Shown here one piece after another: positions 50,240-61,073 of a stretch of DNA of 64,000 nt. Source of the DNA: Amphiscolops sp. MND2022. Lineage: Eukaryota. Position 1 is the stretch's first letter. The number at the start of each line of letters is the position of its first letter. The stretch covers positions 66,218,001 through 66,282,000 of the forward strand of contig OZ076409.1 in the NCBI GenBank assembly GCA_964187785.1, given 5' to 3'. Under the pieces are notes generated by a model. It was not told where the DNA came from, ran no database searches, and saw only the letters and a program-made list of their open reading frames with translations. Position numbers and translations under genes: made by a program.

Positions 50240-50684
50240 GTGGGAGAGTCTTTTAGTTTTTAGAGTTGCATTGAGATTGTATAAAAACACTCAGTTTCCT
50301 TTTTCTATGAGAAAAAACCAATGCTTTCCTTATAAAAGGCAGTGTACAAGTTCAAATATAAAACCAAATACCGTATAACACACAGAAACTATAAATTATA
50401 ATTAAAGAAGAAATTAGAGAAATCAAAGAACTTAAAGAAACCGGTATTTTGTCCAACATTTCACTTTACATAAATAATTGTTTAAATAATTTAAATGAAA
50501 TTGATGAGGAATGAGAAAATTTCAAATCTGAGAAAAACTAGTATAGGAGACATCAGCACAGTATGGTATTCAAATTCGTACTGGAATTCACTAGTATTCT
50601 TTGCGAGTACTCACTTTTTATTCTGCGTCCTTAGTTACTGTTTTCTCGTTGGTTGTCGCTTCAGGTGTTAATTATAGCGCAATT

Positions 50685-51143
50685 ACGACTGCGTGTTGCA
50701 GTCGTCACAAACTCCTAAACAGTACTGCGCAAAATCCTTTCGCACCTGCTACATACTATATCAAGCAATAAACAATCGGATCATACAGCACTGTGTTAAT
50801 AGCACTGAATTACTGCATATGGTAACTATGGTTACTGTACTTCTATGGTCGTGAATGGTGTACTACTACATGACGTCTCAAGTATAATCAAGTATAATCG
50901 ATGACTAACAACAACAGTCGTTATGATATTCACATGCTTTCACATTAATGGGTACTCTCTGCTGGATTGTATAAATCGTTCCTTCATGACATGGATAATA
51001 TGCACTATACTGATATACATGAAAAAAGTTTAATACATGAAGACCGGTTAAGCCAGTTGTTTTTCCATTTTTAGCGGCTTCATCATGTTGCCTAACTAAT
51101 AATTGAGTTTTCTAAGTTTGTGACGACTAGGGATTGTAGTCGT
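50685..51143. repeat. ~460-bp segment bounded by inverted repeats with terminal hairpins (LTR with AGT...ACT ends, or a MITE)
   Basis: AGTCGTCACAAACT (50700-50713) and AGTTTGTGACGACT (51115-51128), each extended outward by an ACGACT..AGTCGT hairpin. Confidence 0.55.
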
Positions 51144-51669
51144 CGTTTTCAATCATGCAATCGTGGATGACACAGATGCTTGGAGTAACCTCAATAAAAC
51201 AATTTAAACAACAAACCTCTCACTTTGTTTACTTCTTCCGAATAACTGCTGTATGACTTCGAAAATTGACTTTGTGTCCTTGATGCTGTCTGAAGACTTG
51301 AATTTACCTATAATCACCATTGAATCCACTGCACATTCTGAAAACCACTAACTTTTTCCAATTCCTAAACTTGTACACTTGATTACGTTAACTGTCATTT
51401 TGTTCATTGCAAGAAAAAGGTTCAATCGTCCCATATCCATTTCTTCCAGATCTGCTATAACCTAAAATATTTCGTCATCTAGATCTGATCGAGAAGCATC
51501 TGATGAACAACTCGAATACAGCCGTCCACTTGATTCAGTTTTGTAGCTCACTTTGAGTTTTAGTGCAAACCAATGAATTTCCTAACAGATGCAAATTTTA
51601 CATTTGAGACATTTTCGTAAATGTTTTCGAGACAGTTTCGCTTCTGAGACATTTTCGTAAATGAGATGA

Positions 51670-52106
51670 TTAACCCTAAACGACCAGGGCGTTTTTGCAA
51701 ATTTCTGGATGAAAAGATTTAAATTATCAATATCTCCACGACTACGCGTACCAGAGAAACGAACTATAGCGCGTTTGAAATGTCTGATTTTGGGCTTTCA
51801 TTTTGGGCAGGTGAGCCCCTGTCGCCGCGCGCCCCCTCTTTCAAAATTTTAGTTTCTTTTCCGGTACCGCCGCTTCGCGCTGCGGCCCGCTTGGGTGCGA
51901 TACTTGGTGTGGCACCGCTTGGGTGCGGTACTTGGTGCGGCCCGCTGCGCGGGGCTTGTAGTAACAACAATATTACTGGGATTTGTTGCGTCCGAACTTG
52001 TTGGGCAAGTGTATGAGGTTGGTTTTTGCTAAGAGACAATACTTTTTGAGAAAACTGGATTTCGCCAAAAACTGAAATTTAGAAAAAAAGCCATTTTTTA
52101 CAAAAA
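51670..52106 (+). mobile_element. Possible piggyBac-like non-autonomous element left end
   Basis: TTAA followed by CCCT terminus at 51670-51677, then a GC-rich internal segment; no right end found. Confidence 0.3.
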
Positions 52107-52112
52107 CCTATC

Positions 52113-52739
52113 TGTCATTATCGGACTGATGAAAGTCATCAAGTTTGCCAAAAGAAGCGAAGATGCAGACTCTAGATACGATCTCTAGAAGTATGATCTT
52201 GAACTTCGATCATTTCGTTTTCATCATTTGCCTTGTGGCATTGACAAAACTACTACTAAAGAGAGTGTGCCTGAGCATTGAATATGAAATGAAGACTGAA
52301 GAACCGAGCTTTTTTTTCAAGAGTACACAACTCAGATACAGTAGAGATCATTGAGAAACGACGTCTCTCAAAGAGTTCAGATGGGCAACTAAATGCATGT
52401 GTTATTAACACATCATCAGAGAACAAGCTCAGCAAGCAATCTTCGTGTCAAGAAAAGCAGTACTGCCGATGATGTTAAATTACCTCCCACATTCCAAACG
52501 TCTGAAGCAACGCACAGTCATTCTATACCAACAGTGCTTTAACTACTTTACTATCAGAAGTTTTTCATCATCAGTTGCAGAGTTCAATAGATGCGAAGCT
52601 CTCAGATAGCTGCCTGGTCTATGTACACCAAGGAGTACGAAGCAATCATCAACGTCATCGAAGGTTTCCCGTCATGACATCTTCATGCTCTGACCAGACA
52701 CCCATCTGTCATTATCGGGCAGATGAAAGTCATCAATTT
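52113..52739. repeat. LTR-like unit (TGTCAT...ATGACA, 52113-52679) followed by the start of a second copy (52707-52739) that is cut by copy B
   Basis: ATCTGTCATTATCGG.C.GATGAAAGTCATCAA is repeated at 52110 and 52704. Confidence 0.6.
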
Positions 52740-54275
52740 TGAGCTGTTAAAAAGTTTTGTGGTTGTTTCTTTTATACGAGTTAGAACTGACATAAGAAGT
52801 CTAAGATTTTAACAGCAGAGTCGTCTTATCTTTTATCTTATAGCTAGCTAGTTCAGAGTAAAATCTATTTCTGAGATCTCAGTTCTTGAAGTGCTGGAAG
52901 AAGACTGATTGCTAGGAAGAATTCTCAATTTCTCCAAGTAGATATATTCTATTAACTAGGGTAGGTTACATCAATTAATAATGTGACAGCAACAGGATGA
53001 AGCAGGGAAGTTTGATACAGGATCTATTAAATGAAGTTTCTTCTAGAATAAGTAGTTTCTAGATTCAATTAGATTTACTAATTTCTTCGGTTAAGAGTTC
53101 AGAGTATTTCAGATTTATAAAATCTTTGAGGACATGCATCATGGCATCACAATCAACCGGGAATTTAAAAATAAAATTACATTATGCACTTTTGAGTTTG
53201 AGGAGTTCTAGAAGTTTTTGTTATATGCATGGGTTTGTTTCATATGTGTTGTACTAAAGTTGCATGAGTTTCGTTTTGTAGAGTACCATACTTAAGGAGT
53301 GAGAACAACCTAAGACGATTTGACTTCTTACGTCATAGACGATTCAATTGGTGCAAAAAGGTTCAAACAGGTTCAAGTTCTTTCAGTTTCTTTGACTGAC
53401 AAGTTCTTTGAAGTTATTGTTGACAACTATTTATTCTTTCATGTTTCTTTTTCGTACGTATCAGCCATCGGCTTGTTGAAAAAGTTTGTTTCATCAACAT
53501 GAGTTAGTCAGCATTGAAAACTTTTCAAGTTGAAGAATTAAAGCGTTGAGTTGTCAATGAGTTGTGAACCAACATTGGCGGGTATGTGAACCAAAAGTGA
53601 AGAAGTTTTGAAAAGTCAAGGTTGAAGTGAGAGTTCATTTTCAACAAAAGTGAAGAGTAGAGCAGAAGCAAGAGTTGAAAAAAAACTTTGGCTATTTCAA
53701 GTTTCAAACATTTGAAAACTAGAAGTGACATTTTTTACAAGTGACAATTTTCAAGAGGTCGAAAGAAAATTTTGGAAAATTTTTTGGGAATGCTTTTGAG
53801 GGTTAAAGAAAAGTTGTAGAACATGTTTTGTAAAAGAAAAAATTTTTGTCCAAAAATCTTAGAAAATTTCTTGTGCTGTAAGTAGGACTTGTGTTCTGTA
53901 AAAAGACGGGGATTAAAATGTATTTTGAAGTGGATAATTATGTAAGATAATGTTAAAGTTCTATACACAATACACTGGAAGTAAATAATATTGTGGTTAC
54001 AAGAATAATTATGGGTAGAATTTGGGATAGATTATGGTTAATGGGGTTTAATTATACAATGGTTAGATAAGATTAAGATTATATAACGCGAAAGATTAGA
54101 TAAGAGTATATAGCACTAGTATACTGCGATTAGATAAGATTATATAGCACTAAAATTGAGAAATGGGTATATAGCACTAGTCTATATTATGATTTGATTA
54201 CAATGGGTTACAGGTTATATTGATTATAAGTGATTATACAGTTCAGTTTGAAATTTGTATTGGCCATTGAAGTAT

Positions 54276-54388
54276 GAAGACCAGTTCACGAAGTCAGCAG
54301 TTGAGGTGTGAAGAAGACCAGTTCACAAAGTCAGCAATTGTGGTGTGTAGAAGACCAGTTCACAAAGTCAGCAATTGTGGTGTGAAGA
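54276..54388. repeat. Three tandem ~37-bp repeats GAAGACCAGTTCAC.AAGTCAGCA.TTG.GGTGTG
   Basis: Units start at about 54276, 54313 and 54351. Confidence 0.8.
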
Positions 54389-54610
54389 AGAATGACGAGG
54401 ACAATTTTTGGCAACGTCGATGAACCCAAAGTGTAGATGGATGTTGTTGACCATCGTGGGTGGGTGAAGTGAAGAGTTTCAGCATGTGTAGGAGTTCTTG
54501 GAAGTAATCATCAACCACATTTCGAAGCATCATCGAAAGAAGATGAAGGATTTGGAGACGAAATGTAGTCAAAGAGTGAAATAGAAGTAAGTAGAAGTTT
54601 GTGTTAGAGA

Positions 54611-55063
54611 TTATTGAAAGAGAGAGTTTTGCGATGGAGGATGAGGTTGATGTTGTATCGGGTCATAAAGTTCTAGTTGTTGAGTATACCCGGAATCTTG
54701 TAACATATTATTAAAAGCATCTGTAGCTTCTTAGATAGCAGCACGAAAGTACTGATCCTTTGACGTGAAAGATGAATTGAGGACGAAAACAACATTAGAT
54801 GCCGTTTTACAAATGGCAATTTCAGGTCCTTGAAGATGGATTCGTGAATATTGCTCGAAAGTGATTTTCTTTTTCTTTATTTGCGTGACGTTGTAGAGTA
54901 CTTTTAAGAAAGCGATGAGGCATTTTGGCGTAATTTTGTTTTTGTGAATCTCAAGCGAGAGTTTGAAGGCCATGGTATGAAATATGGCGGCTTTAAGACT
55001 ATGCACTTTCGAAAATTCTGAAGTCATTGTTAGAATGTCGTTTGTTTCAGCATTTGGAGCCAT
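54611..55063 (-). pseudogene. Accessory ORF5 (copy B) with one premature stop
   Basis: CAA to TAA at 54731-54733; the downstream frame continues EATDAFNNMLQDSGYTQQLELYDP, matching copy A. Confidence 0.85.
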
Positions 55064-55472
55064 TATGACGAGAGTTTGAAGAATACGAAGAAAGAGAAGT
55101 TGGGATGTTCTGAAAGAATTTGGATGAAGGAGAAGGAAGAATGGATGTTTCTAAAACAAAGGAAGTGTAAGAAGAATGACAATATCAAGTCAAAGATGTA
55201 CAACAAAAATGGGTGCTATAATGTACCATTTGTAGTGTTATTTTATATTGTCTTGTATGTCTTGTATTGTAGTGTTTTGAGTAAAAAATGGTTAGTTTTT
55301 GACATGTACTGTAGGAAAAATTAGTGTACTTAAAAAACAGTCCTGAGATTTCATTCAAAAGTAAGGATTTTCGTTAAATAAAAATGAAAATACCTGGTAA
55401 AATGTGCCACAGATGTACCATAGAATGTACCAGAGAAGAAAATTTAAAACTTTATATTACCTGTAGAGGAGT

Positions 55473-56801
55473 TTAATGAAGATTAGTTGAATTAAAAAGA
55501 GTAGTTATAGTTTCCAAAGCAGATTGAATTGCTTGGGATGATTGAGTGATGCGTTGAGAATCTAAATCGAGTGTCTGAAGGAGTTTGTGTGTTCTGTCAT
55601 AACAGTGTAGTATATGTGTGAGTGTTGTGATAGGTGTTTCAGAGGAGTTTCGTTTATAGGGTTCCAGTAAATTTGTTATGTCTCGAAGTGTTCTATTGTT
55701 TAATACAGAGGAAAGTTTGTCATGGGTGTTTTTGATGGGTGAAGTGTGTGATTTATGTTCAGTTTTTTGTTCAGCTTGTACCATGAAAGAGATAGTTTTG
55801 GCAGATATAAAGAGGAGTTCATTGTAGGAATACGTTTGTTTGTAGAGTGCTGTATAGTATATTCGATCTTTATCGTCAAGTGGAGAAGAAACGAGGTGTT
55901 TAATAACAGTAAGAGGTTTTGCAATTTGAGTAGGGATGTTGCAAGGCAACAAAAAATCATCGTAATGTATGAGATATTCTTGAGGTACGATAAGTGGACG
56001 TGAAGTATTGTTATATGGAAGCAAACAGAAGTATTGCTTTATAGGGTCATAGTTCCGAAGATAGCCTGTTATACAGGAGTGATCGAGAGTGTACATATTT
56101 GTCATTGTGAACGGTGATGTATATTTGTAATTGACAAAAATATAATTTTGTGGTTTCGTGTATTGGAGAAATTTAGTATATGTCTGAAGATGAAAAGCTT
56201 TTTGTGCTATAGAGAGAAAGGATGGATCAGATTCATCCGTTTTGAGATCGTATATAGAAGGTCGAAGAAAATTGAATTGGAGAGAGAAAATTTTAACTCC
56301 ATTCTCGAGCCAATATTGGTATGGACCCATTATTTTGGAAGCAATGGATGTGAAGAAGTCTTGATTTTTGTCATATAAGCGAAATGAGTAGTCAGTAGGA
56401 TGCATATATAGAGAAGTTAGTTGTGCTTTGAAGATGAAATCATCAGTGGAAAGAATTGAGATCAAATGATCATCGCGAGTCGTGCAAAGTGAAATTTTTG
56501 AAGGTATTGAAGGAGGATATATTGGTGATGAAAGAAAGATTGGATCTTTCATTATTTCATATCGCTTTTTTGGAGGAGGTGGTGTCGATTGCGTATGATC
56601 AATATCATCTTGTGGAGGAGTAGGTTTTGGATTTTCAATTTCAACTTTTGTGTGTTCCATTGGTTCAAGAAAAGTTGGAGGTGTTTTTTCAGAAGTATCA
56701 ATATAGAGAACAGGAGAATCATTTGAAAGAGGTCTTGTTATAAGATCTGTTGGGGTTGCTTGTTCAAGCTGTGTTTGTAAGTCAATTTGTGCTTGTGTCA
56801 T
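55473..56801 (-). CDS. Accessory ORF4, ~442 aa, function unknown
   Basis: Intact; the ATG (MTQAQ) is conserved in copy A; basic PPPKKR motif and C-terminal coiled coil. Confidence 0.85.
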   Translation of the reverse strand: MTQAQIDLQTQLEQATPTDLITRPLSNDSPVLYIDTSEKTPPTFLEPMEHTKVEIENPKPTPPQDDIDHTQSTPPPPKKRYEIMKDPIFLSSPIYPPSIPSKISLCTTRDDHLISILSTDDFIFKAQLTSLYMHPTDYSFRLYDKNQDFFTSIASKIMGPYQYWLENGVKIFSLQFNFLRPSIYDLKTDESDPSFLSIAQKAFHLQTYTKFLQYTKPQNYIFVNYKYTSPFTMTNMYTLDHSCITGYLRNYDPIKQYFCLLPYNNTSRPLIVPQEYLIHYDDFLLPCNIPTQIAKPLTVIKHLVSSPLDDKDRIYYTALYKQTYSYNELLFISAKTISFMVQAEQKTEHKSHTSPIKNTHDKLSSVLNNRTLRDITNLLEPYKRNSSETPITTLTHILHCYDRTHKLLQTLDLDSQRITQSSQAIQSALETITTLFNSTNLH

Positions 56802-57065
56802 TGTTTGAGAAAGCATCAACAGTCACAGTGTTATCTATTCCAAGAGGCCTTAGCACTTTAAAGTTAAAGTACTATAAATTACACTAACGAGTGGATTTGT
56901 CAGCTTTAGTTGAAGAGTTTTTGAAGATGGTTTTTATGAGAGAAGTATTATTGGACTGAGGAAGATGAATTTCTGCAAGAGTTTCAAGTGATGGAGGAGT
57001 AGCAATTGTGAAGAAATAGTAGACGAGTGTTCTGGAAGAGAGTTACAGAAGAACTGAGAGAGAGT

Positions 57066-59774
57066 TCAAGAAGATGGAGGAGGAAAAGGATAGTTTATTC
57101 GTGAATAGATTGTAATTGGTGTATCCGTAGTAGAAGTGACAGAATTGTTAATTAAAGTGTCATGTTGAGTAGTTAGATTGTCATTCGAGTGAAAGTTTTT
57201 ATGAGTATAATTAGGAAGTGGGGGATGTTGGACAGAAGAGAAAGGAAGTGGAGTCGTTTTATGGTGAGAATTGTGGTGTCGTTTCGGAAAGAAGTTAAAT
57301 TTAGGAAATTGAATTTTGTTAGATCGTTTAGTATAAAAAGGTGGAGGGGAAGTAACATCTGTAGAATGGTTAATTAAATTGGGAGAAGTGTCAATGAAGT
57401 TATCTAAAGATTTGGATTTGGAAAGTGTACTTTTGGGTTTTTTGTTTTGAGCCTCATGTAGGTCACTGACCATTCGTGCTGTAAGAACATTAAAAAAACC
57501 ATGTGCAATAGAACTAAGTAAAGTAATATTATTTTTAAGATTATATTTAATGGATATTGTTTTGTAAAGTTTAACAATAAGTGTAAGAGTAGCTTGTACG
57601 AAAAGAAATGTAGAAAAGTATATGCCACATTGTGTAAGAATATAGCAGGGGTATCCAAAAAGTGCAATAAAAGCATCAGAAAACCATGTAGGTGTAAAAA
57701 GAGGAGTTAAGTTCAAAAGTTTATCATGCAGTCCTATTCGTAATGTATTGTAAGGATTACCAGAGTCTTGAGGGGAATCTGCATCATAATTTGGAGTATT
57801 AGATGAAATGAATGAATAACTAAGAGCTTTACCTAGCAATTGGAGTGTAGAATCAGAGTGTTTAGAAAAAAAAATACGGTTCCAAAATTGATCAAGTTCT
57901 GCATTTGAATATATACCAGCATCCTGGGCTGTAAAAGTATTAGGGCGTATTGTAGTTTTGATTTGTGAGGGTGTAAACATTAGTGGAGGTTTACGTTTGA
58001 TAGGTTCAGGTCCAAGAATGTAGAAGTCTTGATCATCTGAATCAGGGTCTAGTTCAATAATGTTACGTGGGTTATTATCGCATGTAATTGGTGTAGCATA
58101 ATCATAAGTTTGTCTTGTAATAGGATCAACGTACATTAAGGTATCTTTAAAATGTATGGGTATACGGTCAAAACATCTATCTGCTTTGTATAAAGGAGAT
58201 AAAAAATGAGGACAGTCGTAAAGCCAGGCGGTTGAGCCTTCAACGTATAAGAAGTTACTTCTATTACCAGTTAAAAGGAAACCAGCAAGTTGAGGATTTT
58301 GTACTGACATTGCGAGTATTGTAAGGAGTTGATTTCGTTCTAGTTCACATATTGTATGAAGAGTATTTAGTTCTTGTACTGTCATTGATCGAAAAACATG
58401 ATTAATAGTGTAGTCAATTTTGGTGTTTATATGTGCATCATAATCAATGGTAGCGAAATTATTTGATACATTTAATGCAGGGAATACAAATTTGTTATTT
58501 GAAGTGTCCAATACTAATTTACCAGAGATATACTCATCAATTATGGAATGAGGATTAGGTTGTCCTGTATGCATATTAAAACCATCAGTGTATGTAACAA
58601 AAAGGTCTGAGTATTGTGTAGAATAGAGAGGGTCTGATTTACCACAAAAGGTTTGTGCTGTAGGAAAAACTTCAAATCTTGAAAGACTTGGGTTATTTGG
58701 ATGTTGTGTATGAGGAGCATGAACATAAGGGTGTTCTGTACCTTTTATGCCAGAAGCAGTTTGAGATTTTACTGAATGTGGAGAATGTACAAAGGAGTCT
58801 GTTTCAATCCAATATCTACCTTCAATTTTAGTCATACGTCCAATAAAGTCTTGTAGGGTAAAAATTAGACAGTAATCATCATTAAACCAAACAAGAGTAA
58901 AAGGAGTTTTTGTAGTGGGTTTACAAAAGCCATCTGCAAAATAGCAGGGTAATGTATGTCCATCAATTATCATGTCATTTGATATGTCATCATATGTAAG
59001 TTCTATTTCGGAAACTTCTAGTCGCCAACTAACTAAGTTGACTTCGAATTGATGATGAGCAGGACAGTTATGATAAGGGTTTTTTGTAGGGTCATATATC
59101 CAGTTTTTATCAGCAGGCATGAATGTAAATGTACCTGTATACATTTTGTTCAATTGATATACAGTAAAAGGAGTTTGATATTGTTCTAAACGTTCTTGAA
59201 AGTAATGATCTTCTAAGAGGGTAAATGTTTTGTTGTAGTTAAGGTTATTCAATATTTTATCATTTGTACCATTTAAATGTCTTATAATGTTTTTACATTC
59301 TACCGGATCAAGAGTAACAGGAAGCGGTAATGTATTATGATTCCATACTGTTCGATCAACACGACGGTATTTGACAGATCCTTGAAAGCATATTTTCCTT
59401 TCTTTCTTTGCATAAGCAACACATTTGAAAGCTTTGATACGTTTAGCTTTTGCGCGGACATATACACGGGCTTTAACACTTGCATGTTTAATGTCAGAAG
59501 GAGCTTCAGTGCATTGTTTTACATTAAGTAGATTAAATTGTCTGAGATTGTGTTGTTTTGCACAGTCATAATGAGAAACCATGAGATTTGTAATATTCGG
59601 GTCATCCGATGGAAGATAGTTTTCTGTATCAGGGAGTACTATAGGTATGGAAAAGGTTGAGTTAAAGAAATGTAAGAAAAGAATTATAGTTGTTATATAA
59701 GAGGTTGTGTAGGATTTAAAAGGATGTCTTATATTTGAGACCAGAGTATGGGTTACAGAAGACAATGTTGCCAT
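57066..59774 (-). CDS. env: Env-like class III fusion glycoprotein resembling chuvirus G, ~902 aa
   Basis: Signal-like IILFLHFFNSTFS; SHYDC..FNLLNVKQC; ICELERNQLLTILAM..NPQLAG; CFDRIPI..YVDPITR..ITC; GIYSNAEL; N-glycosylation sequons; C-terminal TM segment and tail. ATG conserved in copy A (551). Confidence 0.85.
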   Translation of the reverse strand: MATLSSVTHTLVSNIRHPFKSYTTSYITTIILFLHFFNSTFSIPIVLPDTENYLPSDDPNITNLMVSHYDCAKQHNLRQFNLLNVKQCTEAPSDIKHASVKARVYVRAKAKRIKAFKCVAYAKKERKICFQGSVKYRRVDRTVWNHNTLPLPVTLDPVECKNIIRHLNGTNDKILNNLNYNKTFTLLEDHYFQERLEQYQTPFTVYQLNKMYTGTFTFMPADKNWIYDPTKNPYHNCPAHHQFEVNLVSWRLEVSEIELTYDDISNDMIIDGHTLPCYFADGFCKPTTKTPFTLVWFNDDYCLIFTLQDFIGRMTKIEGRYWIETDSFVHSPHSVKSQTASGIKGTEHPYVHAPHTQHPNNPSLSRFEVFPTAQTFCGKSDPLYSTQYSDLFVTYTDGFNMHTGQPNPHSIIDEYISGKLVLDTSNNKFVFPALNVSNNFATIDYDAHINTKIDYTINHVFRSMTVQELNTLHTICELERNQLLTILAMSVQNPQLAGFLLTGNRSNFLYVEGSTAWLYDCPHFLSPLYKADRCFDRIPIHFKDTLMYVDPITRQTYDYATPITCDNNPRNIIELDPDSDDQDFYILGPEPIKRKPPLMFTPSQIKTTIRPNTFTAQDAGIYSNAELDQFWNRIFFSKHSDSTLQLLGKALSYSFISSNTPNYDADSPQDSGNPYNTLRIGLHDKLLNLTPLFTPTWFSDAFIALFGYPCYILTQCGIYFSTFLFVQATLTLIVKLYKTISIKYNLKNNITLLSSIAHGFFNVLTARMVSDLHEAQNKKPKSTLSKSKSLDNFIDTSPNLINHSTDVTSPPPFYTKRSNKIQFPKFNFFPKRHHNSHHKTTPLPFSSVQHPPLPNYTHKNFHSNDNLTTQHDTLINNSVTSTTDTPITIYSRINYPFPPPSS

Positions 59775-60972
59775 ATGTGATAGTGGGTATATTAAGATCG
59801 CGTTCAAATTCAATATGTACTACTTCAAAAGGAGCAGGAGAGGTTTTATGTTCTATTTTAGAAACGTGAAATATTGGATGAGGATTTAATCCTTGAAATT
59901 TAACTTTGACTTCAAATTTAAGTTCTAAATTTGGTGTCTGGAGACGTTTTAGTTCTGTTTCTTTACGTTTATGAGATAAGAGATCGTTGTTATTAATAAA
60001 ACGTTCTGCAAGAATTGGAAATCGAGGATCGTTTTGTGGGTCGTAGATGGTTATACCATCGACTCGAAGTGGATAATCAGCAAAATTTGGGGTTGGAGGT
60101 CTAGAATGTTCTGCAGTATAGTATTCAGGTAGTCTAATATGTGCAGGAACAGGAGTAGGGATTACTACTTGTGAAAAAAGATCTCCTGACAGAAATGCAG
60201 TTTGTGGATTAGATGAGAGTAATGAAGCAGTTTCAAAACCAGAAGTAAAATAAGGAGATTGAAAGAGTTCTGAAGATGATGGGTCAGAGGACAATGGTTG
60301 AGCGTGTTGTCTTACAAGTCGTAATGCAGAATTGCTAGAAAGAGCGGAAAAATTGAGTGTGGAAGTGTCTGTACTAAGTCTACGTGAAGGAAGGTCACGA
60401 AGATTATATCTATGTCTAGGTACAAAAAAAGAGCTTGTGTCTTGTGATGGAGCGTAGTCAGAAGTATTATTGTCTAAGAGATTTGAGAGTGATGTAGAGG
60501 GTTTTCGAAGAGGTTTTAAGGGTGGATAAAGTTTTGAAGAAGTAGTACTAAGTTCTGTAGTGCTAAGTTCTGAAGGTAATTTTAATGGAGGTAGTTTCGT
60601 ATATTCAGTATCAGGAATTTGTACTAGATTAAGTTGAGGTTGGATTCTAACAGTTTTGATAGCTGTAGGGTGTTTGTATGTTACGTATTGTTCAACACTT
60701 TCAGGGTTTGGTATGTGTATAATAGGAGTGTTAATAGGAGTTTGTTGGGGACGAGTGTTTATAGGAATTTCGGTTATAGGTGGTCTGTGAAGAAGTGAAG
60801 AAGAAGAGGTTTCAGAGATGTATGATCTGGGTCTTTTAGATGGAGTAGTAGGAGTTACATTACTAGAGTTTGTGGTGTTTGATACTGAAGATTCAGGTGT
60901 AGAGGGAATACTTGGAGCTGATGGAGAGATATCAGAGGGAGGATCCAGGATTGTTGAAGTGTTTTCAACAGG
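59716..60972 (-). CDS. Accessory ORF2: 418 sense codons with no methionine, Pro/Ser/Thr-rich
   Basis: Frame read manually, open from 60972 (after TAA at 60973-60975) to 59716; the track shows only the part from a TTG at 60294. C-terminal half is conserved in copy A. Confidence 0.8.
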   Translation of the reverse strand, partial: PVENTSTILDPPSDISPSAPSIPSTPESSVSNTTNSSNVTPTTPSKRPRSYISETSSSSLLHRPPITEIPINTRPQQTPINTPIIHIPNPESVEQYVTYKHPTAIKTVRIQPQLNLVQIPDTEYTKLPPLKLPSELSTTELSTTSSKLYPPLKPLRKPSTSLSNLLDNNTSDYAPSQDTSSFFVPRHRYNLRDLPSRRLSTDTSTLNFSALSSNSALRLVRQHAQPLSSDPSSSELFQSPYFTSGFETASLLSSNPQTAFLSGDLFSQVVIPTPVPAHIRLPEYYTAEHSRPPTPNFADYPLRVDGITIYDPQNDPRFPILAERFINNNDLLSHKRKETELKRLQTPNLELKFEVKVKFQGLNPHPIFHVSKIEHKTSPAPFEVVHIEFERDLNIPTITYGNIVFCNPYSGLKYKTSF

Positions 60973-61073
60973 TTATCTTTAAGATAACTTGTTATGGATT
61001 TTATTTCATTTATTCAACATTCATTCAATCGGAGTGACTAGTTTTGAGTAAGGCAACAAATAGAATGACTGGA

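Noticed and set aside
60973..61073. Dicistrovirus IGR-type IRES before the Met-less ORF (CCT start)
   Set aside because: Only a simple hairpin is visible, no PKI pseudoknot could be built, and the spacer is only ~100 nt.
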